From the IMG/VR virus record IMGVR_UViG_3300042391_000141, positions 1 to 34,069 of that record: DNA of 34,069 nucleotides; one strand, 5' to 3'. The notes beneath the pieces were generated by a model. The model ran no database searches and had not been told where the DNA came from. It saw only the letters and a list, made by a program, of their open reading frames with translations. The DNA comes from a virus. Lineage: Duplodnaviria; Caudoviricetes. Of this stretch, positions 17,634 to 25,005 are shown in pieces; the stretch's first letter is position 1; each line of letters opens with the position of its first letter. A program made the position numbers and the translations under genes.

Positions 17634-18542
17634 TCAAAATGGTAAATTATCAAATGAATTATTTGGTGCTATTGCTTTTGTACTTGGCGAAGTTAATCTT
17701 TTTATCACATCTTTACCTCTAACTTTAAAACCCAAACCAAAATTGTAGTCCATCATCATTGGCTCGTTTAATAGCGTTGGTTTTCCGCCAGTATCTGTAT
17801 CTTTAATCTTTACAACTTCAACCATTGTGTAGTTCCATAAATCTGGATGTTGTGTTAATCTGTGAACTACTAAAAAATCGTCTGCTTTATTTGCGAATGC
17901 TTTACCGCCTTCAATGTCTGACTTTAATGGTGGCATAACGTGTCCATTCCAACCGTGCTTTTCTGGATATACTGCCGAGCGTCTTCCACTCGCTGAACTT
18001 GGGTGTGCGTTTATGTAGATTGTTTTACCATTCTTTGTAAAGTGCTTTAAATCGTTTAATACATCGTAGTTTGAACTATAAGACATTGGAGTTTTTAAAC
18101 CATTGAACGGGTCGATTAAATGTACATCGCATTCTGCTTTATCGAATATGTTTAATAATTCGTCTGGAGTGTATCGTTTAGTATTATCTACAAACTTAAA
18201 CGAATTTTCTAAAATTGTTTCGTATCTTCTAACTTCGTTGTATGTTAAATCCATAAACTTTTTACCAGAATACATCTGTATTAAGTCACGCATTACTTTA
18301 CCCTGATAGTTTTCATCCATAAACAAACAAAACTTTAAATTGTGGTTTGTTGCAAGTGCTAAAAAATACCATTCTAAAAAATATGTTTTACCTACGTTAT
18401 CGTGTCCTAAAATTATATTTAATTGTCCTTGCTTATGAACGAAGAAATCGTCTAAGTCACAACCTAATTTTAATCCAGTTGGTATCTTACCATCTAAATA
18501 GTCGTTTAAGTATTGAGTACTATGTCCGTTGTTTAATATCAT
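17634..18542 (-). CDS. Replicative helicase, DnaB/SF4-like (302 aa)
   Basis: Walker A GHDNVGKT, Walker B LIDP, AHP and GG..FANKAD motifs. Confidence 0.88.
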   Translation of the reverse strand: MILNNGHSTQYLNDYLDGKIPTGLKLGCDLDDFFVHKQGQLNIILGHDNVGKTYFLEWYFLALATNHNLKFCLFMDENYQGKVMRDLIQMYSGKKFMDLTYNEVRRYETILENSFKFVDNTKRYTPDELLNIFDKAECDVHLIDPFNGLKTPMSYSSNYDVLNDLKHFTKNGKTIYINAHPSSASGRRSAVYPEKHGWNGHVMPPLKSDIEGGKAFANKADDFLVVHRLTQHPDLWNYTMVEVVKIKDTDTGGKPTLLNEPMMMDYNFGLGFKVRGKDVIKRLTSPSTKAIAPNNSFDNLPF

Positions 18543-19321
18543 TAAAATAGTTTTTGTTGGATGCGTGAAAGTACTTTTTCATTCGCTAATTTATAGAAAT
18601 CTTTTTTAATCTCAAATCCAAATGATTTTCTATTAGTTTGTGATGCTGCTAATAAAGTACTACCAGAACCTGCACAAGGATCAATTACTACATCTCCTTT
18701 ATCTGTAAAAATTTCTATTAAATGTTCCAATAATTTAACTGGTTTTTGTGTTGGATGCACCTTTTCAGTATCTGTATCTCTTATCCAATCAAAACAATTA
18801 AAAATCATTTTACCATTGTTATTAAATTTTGGTAGTTTATCTCTATAAAGTAATACAGCATATTCACAATTACCAACTACTTTCATATTAGCTTTTAATA
18901 CTTGAGCTGAAAAGTTTTTTCTAAATACTAAATTAATACTTTTTACTAAACCGTATTTTTTAGCCTTTTCTATAAGTTCAAATTGTTGTTCAAATGCACA
19001 AAAAACAATCATACAAGGTGCTGCGCTTTTTTCTTTTGGTTCTGGTCTTAACATTGTAGAACAAAAATGTAAAAATTCGCTAATTCTAAAATCTTTATCT
19101 GTATCAAAAAATTCTTTATTAGCTAACTTACTTTCTCCATTCTTATTATCTCCATCAATATACCAAGCTGGATTCGATGCATAAGCATTATTACCTAAGT
19201 TGTAAGGAATATCTGCAATGATTAATTGTGCTTTAGGAATATTATAACGCTTATAATTTTGAAAATGGTCGTTATAAAGTTCTGGCTTGTAAAATTTATT
19301 TACTTCGTTATTTGTTTTCAT
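18542..19321 (-). CDS. Orphan DNA methyltransferase, N6/N4 beta class (259 aa)
   Basis: Catalytic IADIPY, HPTQKP, and SAM-binding DPCAGSGS motifs. Confidence 0.92.
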   Translation of the reverse strand: MKTNNEVNKFYKPELYNDHFQNYKRYNIPKAQLIIADIPYNLGNNAYASNPAWYIDGDNKNGESKLANKEFFDTDKDFRISEFLHFCSTMLRPEPKEKSAAPCMIVFCAFEQQFELIEKAKKYGLVKSINLVFRKNFSAQVLKANMKVVGNCEYAVLLYRDKLPKFNNNGKMIFNCFDWIRDTDTEKVHPTQKPVKLLEHLIEIFTDKGDVVIDPCAGSGSTLLAASQTNRKSFGFEIKKDFYKLANEKVLSRIQQKLF

Positions 19322-19324
19322 ATT

Positions 19325-19942
19325 TTATTTATTTAAGTTTATTTGTTTATATACGTTTTTCATAAATTCATCTTGTTCTGGTTCTTTATTCTTTGGTTTT
19401 TGGTTAAGGTATCTAAAAAAATTATCATTAACTAAAAAATGTGATGGTGTTTGCATCTGATTTTCTACTACCCAATCATTTAAACACATCATTTCAAATG
19501 CGTGTTCCCATTCGTTAGATAATAGTTTTTGTTGTTTAAGTTTAGTTAAGTTGTTTATTGTTGTTTTGTTTATAGATGTAAATTTTCCTTTTGTACCTAC
19601 ATACTTTAATTTCATTTCATTAAACCAATTTAAAAAAGCATCCACATCAATAACTATTTGTTCTTTCTCTTTCTCTTTCTCTTTCTCTTGTACCGAACCC
19701 CCTTCGCTACCCCCTACCGAACCCCCTAATGTAGTCTTTGTTTTTGTTTCATAACCAAGCACTTGAGCATCTATATTAAATTTCTGAGAAATGTAAGCAA
19801 ACTTTGCCATACCTTCTAATTCTAATTCAACTCCAGTAAATTGACGTGTTATTAAAGCATCGTAGAAAGCTAACCTATTTTTATCGTTTAGTTCTTTTGC
19901 TACCTCAAAATATGAATTGTAAAAATTAAATGCTTTTCTCAT
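19325..19942 (-). CDS. Putative replication initiator / replisome organiser (~205 aa)
   Basis: Starts at MRKAFNFYNSY (ATG 19942). Two domains joined by a repeat-encoded linker; lies upstream of the helicase, as lambda O does of P. Confidence 0.7.
   Translation of the reverse strand: MRKAFNFYNSYFEVAKELNDKNRLAFYDALITRQFTGVELELEGMAKFAYISQKFNIDAQVLGYETKTKTTLGGSVGGSEGGSVQEKEKEKEKEQIVIDVDAFLNWFNEMKLKYVGTKGKFTSINKTTINNLTKLKQQKLLSNEWEHAFEMMCLNDWVVENQMQTPSHFLVNDNFFRYLNQKPKNKEPEQDEFMKNVYKQINLNK
19664..19727. repeat. Iteron-like repeats inside the initiator gene (candidate ori)
   Basis: CCCCCT three times at a 12-bp period (TACCGAACCCCCT twice), next to (TTTCTC)4. Confidence 0.55.
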
Positions 19943-19952
19943 AATATTTATT

Positions 19953-20046
19953 AAATAAAAAACCCCTATAAATCCGTAGGCTCTCACTTCTACTTCATTA
20001 TAAGGGTTAAACTAATGTCTTGTTCTATAATGTGAGAGTCGAACAA
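19953..20046 (-). ncRNA. Candidate structured leader RNA: two hairpins with complementary loops and a U-tract
   Basis: Stem TTGTTC/GAACAA with CTCTCAC in its loop; stem AACCCTTATAA/TTATAGGGGTT with GTGAGAG in its loop; then TTTTATTT. Confidence 0.65.
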
Positions 20047-20048
20047 TG

Positions 20049-20056
20049 CAAATATA
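20049..20056 (-). promoter_or_regulatory. -7 element TATATTTG driving the structured leader
   Basis: Consensus -7 box 2 nt before the first hairpin; -33 element weak. Confidence 0.6.
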
Positions 20057-20067
20057 CAATATACTAA

Positions 20068-20340
20068 CTACTTTTCATCTTCAAACAATTGAATCTTTTG
20101 AACAATTTTATCAATTTCATTAACAATTTCAACCCATTTTTGTGCTGAATCTTCTGGTAGTTGTTCACTTACATTCTCTACTATCTTTTCAACCCACGTG
20201 TAAAAGTTTTCACATCGTTGTTTAAATTCACGTTTGTAGATTACTTCGTGTGATAGTTCATCTAACGTGTGTAATATTGACTGCATCTGTAAAGTTAATG
20301 CTAAAGTCAAATCTAAGTCTTTTCGTTGTTTAGTTGTCAT
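20068..20340 (-). CDS. Hypothetical helical protein (90 aa)
   Basis: ORF in the early operon. Confidence 0.7.
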   Translation of the reverse strand: MTTKQRKDLDLTLALTLQMQSILHTLDELSHEVIYKREFKQRCENFYTWVEKIVENVSEQLPEDSAQKWVEIVNEIDKIVQKIQLFEDEK

Positions 20341-20515
20341 CGTGTTGTTTAATTACGTGTTTAAACCCATCAATTATATTGCATCTACTATAACCAGTAG
20401 AACACATTAAATTGAATACAATCTCTGCAAATTCATCTGAATCTATTTCATCACTTGCTTCTGTTATGTGTTTGAATCCGTGCGATTCAATGCTTACAAT
20501 TAGTTTATCTTCCAT
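20330..20515 (-). CDS. Hypothetical protein (61 aa), paralog of 20960..21127
   Basis: Shared G.KH..E and NLM...GYS..NII.G patterns. Confidence 0.75.
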   Translation of the reverse strand: MEDKLIVSIESHGFKHITEASDEIDSDEFAEIVFNLMCSTGYSRCNIIDGFKHVIKQHDDN

Positions 20516-20537
20516 AGTTTTTTATTTATTAATATTA

Positions 20538-20723
20538 TTAAGATTTCCAAACTATAGTATTGTTATTATTCTCAATAAAAGACTTTGCTTTTTCAATACT
20601 TATATGCGTATTAGTAAAATTCATTTGAACCCAAAATGGAAACCATAATCTCCAAACTTGGCACTCATAACCGTTAAAGTTATCTTTTACAATTCTGTGT
20701 TTTTTAAATTTTATTTTTTTCAT
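20538..20723 (-). CDS. Hypothetical protein (61 aa)
   Basis: ATG lies within a junction repeat; Trp/Phe-rich core. Confidence 0.7.
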   Translation of the reverse strand: MKKIKFKKHRIVKDNFNGYECQVWRLWFPFWVQMNFTNTHISIEKAKSFIENNNNTIVWKS

Positions 20724-20962
20724 TGTTATTGTTGTTTAAAAGTTCCATTCACAAATTTCTATTTTTTTGACTCCTTTTAGTCCTTTTTCTACCCAATATT
20801 CGTTTTTTTCAATTTTTATGGAAGAAAATCCTTTACTAATCATTAAATGCCAATAAAAAAATCTTATATTAATACATGAATTACTCATTGTTCTTGTTGT
20901 TTAGTTATACTTTTATGGTTTACAATTGTTATACTTTTATGTTTCATTGTTCTTGTTGTTTA
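20720..20962 (-). repeat. Three 19-bp gene-junction repeats TAAACAACAA(G/T)AACAATGA
   Basis: Copies at 20720-20738, 20885-20903 and 20944-20962. Confidence 0.85.
20736..20888 (-). CDS. Small hypothetical protein MSNSCINIRFFYWHL... (50 aa)
   Basis: Read by hand. Both start and stop fall within junction repeats. Confidence 0.6.
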   Translation of the reverse strand: MSNSCINIRFFYWHLMISKGFSSIKIEKNEYWVEKGLKGVKKIEICEWNF

Positions 20963-21127
20963 ATTATCGTTAACAATATCTTGTAAGCCTTCAATAATGT
21001 TATCTTTAGAATATCCAGCCGTTAACATCAAGTTGTAAATGTTACGTGTAAATTCAAAAACATCTTCATCATCGCAATCTGTTTCAATTGAGTGTTTAAC
21101 TCCGTATTTTTCAATGTATGCTTTCAT
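20960..21127 (-). CDS. Small hypothetical protein MKAYIEKYGVKHSIE... (55 aa)
   Basis: Read by hand. A-rich start region; paralog of 20330..20515. Confidence 0.75.
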   Translation of the reverse strand: MKAYIEKYGVKHSIETDCDDEDVFEFTRNIYNLMLTAGYSKDNIIEGLQDIVNDN

Positions 21128-21133
21128 AGTTTT

Positions 21134-21316
21134 TTATTTAAAGTTACCTCGTCTATCTTCGCAGAACTTAATCCAATTATCCATCGTATCACAATAATAA
21201 ATAATACTCGGGTGCTTATCTGCTTCTTTCAATGCTTCTGCTTTGCTTTCTGCACTTACTATCATTCTATCAGGTTTTCCGTTTGATAGCCAATATAAAA
21301 TTACGTACTGCTCCAT
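21134..21316 (-). CDS. Hypothetical protein (60 aa)
   Basis: A-rich start region; VSAESKAEAL motif seen in small phage proteins. Confidence 0.7.
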   Translation of the reverse strand: MEQYVILYWLSNGKPDRMIVSAESKAEALKEADKHPSIIYYCDTMDNWIKFCEDRRGNFK

Positions 21317-21366
21317 AGTTTTTAGTTTAAAAATATCGGTTTAACCACCCACCGAAAAGGATAATA

Positions 21367-21672
21367 CTAAAATGGTAAATCGTCTTGCTCTTGTTGTGCG
21401 AACTTCTGCGATGCCGTTTGAAGTGGTTTATCTTGCTTTTCAGCTACTTTAACCTCTCCATTGGTATAAACTACTTTCCCATTACCGATGTAACGCTTAG
21501 AAGTCTTTAAATCACGTTCTTCTTTTGTTTGCGATTCTGTTAACCCTACGTTGTTTCCATACGTATCTGTTGAATCATTGATTGAAATTGTCAAGTTTAG
21601 ATACTTTCCGTTGTATAACTTGCTTTTGTCGATTTTTGTGACGTCAATTGACGCATTTATAAGTGTTGACAT
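21367..21672 (-). CDS. ssb: Single-stranded DNA-binding protein (101 aa)
   Basis: Acidic DDLPF tail, OB-like core, and position in the ERF/exonuclease module. Confidence 0.75.
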   Translation of the reverse strand: MSTLINASIDVTKIDKSKLYNGKYLNLTISINDSTDTYGNNVGLTESQTKEERDLKTSKRYIGNGKVVYTNGEVKVAEKQDKPLQTASQKFAQQEQDDLPF

Positions 21673-21677
21673 ATTTA

Positions 21678-22376
21678 TTAATTTACTCGTTTATAAATTG
21701 ATTCTTTTTTATTTAATTTTCTGTAAAAAGTTGCTCTTGAAATACCATAATAAGTATATGCTTTTTTTATACTTGAAAATATTTCTCCAGTTTCAGTATT
21801 AAGAAGTTTAATTGACCATTTAACTTTACCTTTTGCAGAAATTGACATTTTCTTTTTGGTTTCTTCTGAGTGCTTTGTATTTAATTTTGATTTAGATAAT
21901 TTAATTTTAACGCTTTCAGGTGTTTTTAATCCTTTATTCCAAGAAGTTTTTCCTTTTAATGATTTAGACATTTTATCTTTTGTTTCATCGCTAAGTTTTT
22001 TATTTTTATTTGGATTTACATATCCATTTAAATAAAGTTTTTTTTGCGCATTGCTAAGATATTTTTTTTGTTCATCAGTAAAAACATAAGACTTTAAACC
22101 TTCTCCGCCATCTGTTAAATTAGCTAGTGTTCCTTTTTTTAAATTTATCCGTCCATATTTATTTATTAATTTAATTTCTAATTCCCTTGCTTCTTCTATT
22201 GTAATATTATCGTGTACTATATTTACAATATAATTTGTTTTGCTAGTAATTTTTTTCCAAATATCATTTTTACGATATTTCCAATAAGCTCTTTTATAAG
22301 AATTATTTTGTTTTGATATTCCTATATAAAATACTTCGCCATTATCTTCTCTAGTATGAGTATAAACGTATGCCAT
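21678..22376 (-). CDS. Free-standing GIY-YIG homing endonuclease with NUMOD3-like repeats (232 aa)
   Basis: YVY...FYIG, NLTDGGEG, repeated (H/L)S.ETK.KMS and a C-terminal HTH; very AT-rich. Confidence 0.9.
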   Translation of the reverse strand: MAYVYTHTREDNGEVFYIGISKQNNSYKRAYWKYRKNDIWKKITSKTNYIVNIVHDNITIEEARELEIKLINKYGRINLKKGTLANLTDGGEGLKSYVFTDEQKKYLSNAQKKLYLNGYVNPNKNKKLSDETKDKMSKSLKGKTSWNKGLKTPESVKIKLSKSKLNTKHSEETKKKMSISAKGKVKWSIKLLNTETGEIFSSIKKAYTYYGISRATFYRKLNKKESIYKRVN

Positions 22377-22394
22377 ATTTTTTTATATTTATAT

Positions 22395-22402
22395 CAAATA
22401 TA
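22395..22402 (-). promoter_or_regulatory. -7 element TATATTTG upstream of the homing endonuclease
   Basis: Consensus -7 box in an intergenic region; no clear -33 element. Confidence 0.5.
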
Positions 22403-22435
22403 GTAAAATAATATTGCTTGTACTAATTAAAGTTC

Positions 22436-23119
22436 TCATTTGTTTAAAATTACTAATAATTCTTGATAATACTCTCGTGCAACTTCGATTCTTTGCTTTA
22501 ATTTTTCAATGTCCGCTTCGTTGTATTCAACTATAAATCTTTTGACACGTAAATTTTTAGGTATATGCTCAAAGCTATGTAAGCTTTCTACTGCCTCACG
22601 TACAAGAGGGTCTTCATCAATTAAACATAACTTCCAATGTTCTTTTCTTACTTCGCTTTCTACAATTTGAAATGGTGTATCTGTTAAACAATATACTAAC
22701 TCCGCTTGTTTGTGTCCTGTAAGCCACATATATCCGATAAGTTGCCAGTAGTAATTTTTATTTTTAAGCACATCGTCAAACATCGGAAAAGTACTTGCAG
22801 ACCAAGAGCATTTTATATCAGCTAATAAAGTATCATTAACTAAATCTGGTGTACCTACAATGTAATCATTTTTAAACTTATCTTCGTTCTTTAAAATCCA
22901 GTTCCAATCCAATACTTCAGATGCTAACTCAATAGCTATATCTTCGTTTTGGTTTCCTTTGTCGGTGTAGCGTGAACTAAATTCTTTGTAGATACCTAAT
23001 TCCTTTTCTCTAAACATATCTTCGATAAGTGTCTTTGCAGTAGCCGACAAAACCTCGCTTTTACTACGAGATTCTGTCATTAAATTGCCTAACTGCGAAC
23101 ATCTAAATAGTAAACTCAT
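22436..23119 (-). CDS. PD-(D/E)XK exonuclease, lambda-exo/YqaJ-like (227 aa)
   Basis: KGNQNE, GTPD, ADIKCS and YYWQL.GYM motifs; coupled to ERF. Confidence 0.85.
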   Translation of the reverse strand: MSLLFRCSQLGNLMTESRSKSEVLSATAKTLIEDMFREKELGIYKEFSSRYTDKGNQNEDIAIELASEVLDWNWILKNEDKFKNDYIVGTPDLVNDTLLADIKCSWSASTFPMFDDVLKNKNYYWQLIGYMWLTGHKQAELVYCLTDTPFQIVESEVRKEHWKLCLIDEDPLVREAVESLHSFEHIPKNLRVKRFIVEYNEADIEKLKQRIEVAREYYQELLVILNK

Positions 23120-23622
23120 AGCGTTGCAAATGTTACTTTTTGTGATTCTGTTAATTCAAATTGTGCCAAGTCTTCTTTTTTAGCAAGTCCTTTACCTATT
23201 GCATCAATTGCTTTGTTAAAACGTTCATCTGTTATTGTTTTAACTTTCTTTACTTGTTCTCCACCAGCATCCGTATCTTTGTCTGTAACGATACCTAAAA
23301 TAGAACTCAATGCGTAACGTCTAAAGTAAGTTAGTTGACTTCCGTACACCTGAAACTCATTCATCCCTTTGAGTGCGACATCTTTAAGCAATGCCATTTT
23401 AGATTCAATCGTTTCTCCAGATTCTACGTGAAACAAAATAGTTGTTAAATTCTCATTTTCTATTAATTGAGTGAAACCCAATCCGTGCTTTTTTAATAGT
23501 GGATTAATTACGCTAAAGATTTTAGGCAAATCTGCAAAGGTATATCCATAACCTTGTGTTGCTTTGTGAATTACTGGAACTTCTTGTTGAAATTCTGCTA
23601 AACTTTTAAATAGATTTTTCAT
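23116..23622 (-). CDS. erf: ERF-family single-strand annealing protein (168 aa)
   Basis: YTFADL...PLLKKHGL...HVESGE...GSQLTYFRRYALSSILGI...DTD. Confidence 0.92.
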   Translation of the reverse strand: MKNLFKSLAEFQQEVPVIHKATQGYGYTFADLPKIFSVINPLLKKHGLGFTQLIENENLTTILFHVESGETIESKMALLKDVALKGMNEFQVYGSQLTYFRRYALSSILGIVTDKDTDAGGEQVKKVKTITDERFNKAIDAIGKGLAKKEDLAQFELTESQKVTFATL

Positions 23623-23638
23623 TTTCTTAGTTTTAAAT

Positions 23639-23665
23639 TGTTAATAACTGATACAAATATAAACA
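23639..23665 (-). promoter_or_regulatory. TATATTTG promoter module upstream of erf
   Basis: TGTTTATATTTGTATCAGTTATTAACA; 25/27 identical to 15308-15334. Confidence 0.65.
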
Positions 23666-24055
23666 TTATTCTTTAATAGATAACTTTTTTATCAAATTAT
23701 TTTTAATCTGCCAAAAGTCTTGTAATGAATTAGCTTCTAATATATCCAATTCTGCTTCTGTTAGCTGTAATTTTTCTTCATCTGGTATATTAATGCAAGA
23801 AACTTCTAACTCGTTTTCTACTAACTCAATTAATTCTTTGAAGTCTGGATAGTTTTTGTTTCTATCGTAACATTCAAGACCGTGTAAAATTGTAGCGTGT
23901 CCTTTGCCGAACATTTTACCGATTCTATCTAACGTCATTCTGTTGCTACGTAGAAAATGATATAATACACTTCTAATATAAACCTTTTCACGTTTGCGAG
24001 ATGGTGTGTTTAACTCGTATCTTTCTATTAATTCTGTAATTTTTATTAAATTCAT
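23666..24055 (-). CDS. DNA-binding protein with DnaA domain IV-like HTH (129 aa)
   Basis: SRKRE.V..R...TL.RIG..FGK.HATILHG resembles the DnaA C-terminal signature. Confidence 0.75.
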   Translation of the reverse strand: MNLIKITELIERYELNTPSRKREKVYIRSVLYHFLRSNRMTLDRIGKMFGKGHATILHGLECYDRNKNYPDFKELIELVENELEVSCINIPDEEKLQLTEAELDILEANSLQDFWQIKNNLIKKLSIKE

Positions 24056-24057
24056 TT

Positions 24058-24480
24058 TTATTTAGTTAAATCATATTCAAAGCATATACTTTTATCGTAC
24101 ATAGCTTTTAATATTTGGTTAAAATTTTCTTTTTGTAAAACAATATTCATTGAATCATCAAACTGTTCATCTTCAATTATTATATTATCTTCTTTTGTTC
24201 TTGTTACTTTAATTTTTGGTCTTGGATAGATTAATGTTGGTGGTCTATCTTTTTCGTGCAACCCAAATATAATTTCATTTTTTCTATCTTCAGGTGTTAT
24301 AGATTTATCTTCTTTAATTTTAGATAATAAATTCACATCTGATTCGTGAATATACAAATGACCTAAATTGCTCATTGTAGAAATTACATATAATTTTGGT
24401 TGGTAATATTTACCTTTTGTAGCATCAAATGCAAATCTAATATATCCTTTTTCAATTAAAAAGTTTTCAAATGAAGTCAT
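24058..24480 (-). CDS. Hypothetical protein (140 aa)
   Basis: AT-rich ORF packed in the operon. Confidence 0.7.
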   Translation of the reverse strand: MTSFENFLIEKGYIRFAFDATKGKYYQPKLYVISTMSNLGHLYIHESDVNLLSKIKEDKSITPEDRKNEIIFGLHEKDRPPTLIYPRPKIKVTRTKEDNIIIEDEQFDDSMNIVLQKENFNQILKAMYDKSICFEYDLTK

Positions 24481-24481
24481 T

Positions 24482-24685
24482 TTATTGTTTGTTTAAATTT
24501 TCAATATCTACTCTTAATCTTTCAAGGTATAAGCAAAAATCCATTGCTTCTTGTTGTGCTTCGTTTATCCAATCAAGCGTGCTTAAATCGGTTCTTTCAA
24601 GTGTTACTCCGTACTTCTTTAAACCATCGTCTGCACGTTGCTCAAACTTCTTAATTACGTTTAATACTATTCTGTCTATTTTCAT
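24482..24685 (-). CDS. Small phage protein, possibly all-alpha NTP pyrophosphatase-like (67 aa)
   Basis: GLKKYGVTL.R.DL...W...AQQEAMD..LYL motif; function is inferred. Confidence 0.6.
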   Translation of the reverse strand: MKIDRIVLNVIKKFEQRADDGLKKYGVTLERTDLSTLDWINEAQQEAMDFCLYLERLRVDIENLNKQ

Positions 24686-24700
24686 AAGTTTAAATATATT

Positions 24701-24937
24701 TTACAATTTCGTTTGTTTATGTAAATTGTATTTTGTTTTAAATTTTTCGTTATAATAATCAATATTGCTTATAGATTTTCCGTTTATTGTTGCCTTAATA
24801 CCATCTTGCCTTGCATTAATAATCTGTTGCTCAAACATTTGGTTGGCTTGCTGAAAAATATTCAAATCCATTTTATCAAGGTTAAAACCACTTTTATTCA
24901 TTTGGTTTATTAACCATTCTACTGCTGTTTTTTCCAT
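24701..24937 (-). CDS. Hypothetical protein, TAVEWL-type (78 aa)
   Basis: KTAVEWL...QA..M..QQIINA motif. Confidence 0.75.
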   Translation of the reverse strand: MEKTAVEWLINQMNKSGFNLDKMDLNIFQQANQMFEQQIINARQDGIKATINGKSISNIDYYNEKFKTKYNLHKQTKL

Positions 24938-24974
24938 TCTTTTTAGTTTTTAAATTATTACTTTTTATTTTGAT

Positions 24975-25005
24975 TAACAACAAACTTGCGTCAATATCGG
25001 TGTTA
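24975..25005 (+). other. Short degenerate TAACA...TGTTA site at the left edge of the cassette array
   Basis: TAACA-ACAAACTTG-CGT-CAATATCGG-TGTTA; its GTT begins cassette 1. Confidence 0.45.

Noticed and set aside
19943-19987. GTG-start extension of the initiator
   Set aside because: It lies inside the structured leader; ATG 19942 has the typical A-rich context.
20720-20962. Junction repeats as a mini CRISPR array
   Set aside because: The repeats are non-palindromic 19-mers, spacing is irregular (40 and 146 bp), the intervening DNA is coding, and there are no cas genes.
21337-21355. TCGGT...ACCGA hairpin after ssb
   Set aside because: Only a 5-bp stem with a 10-nt loop and a weak U-tract; too weak to call.
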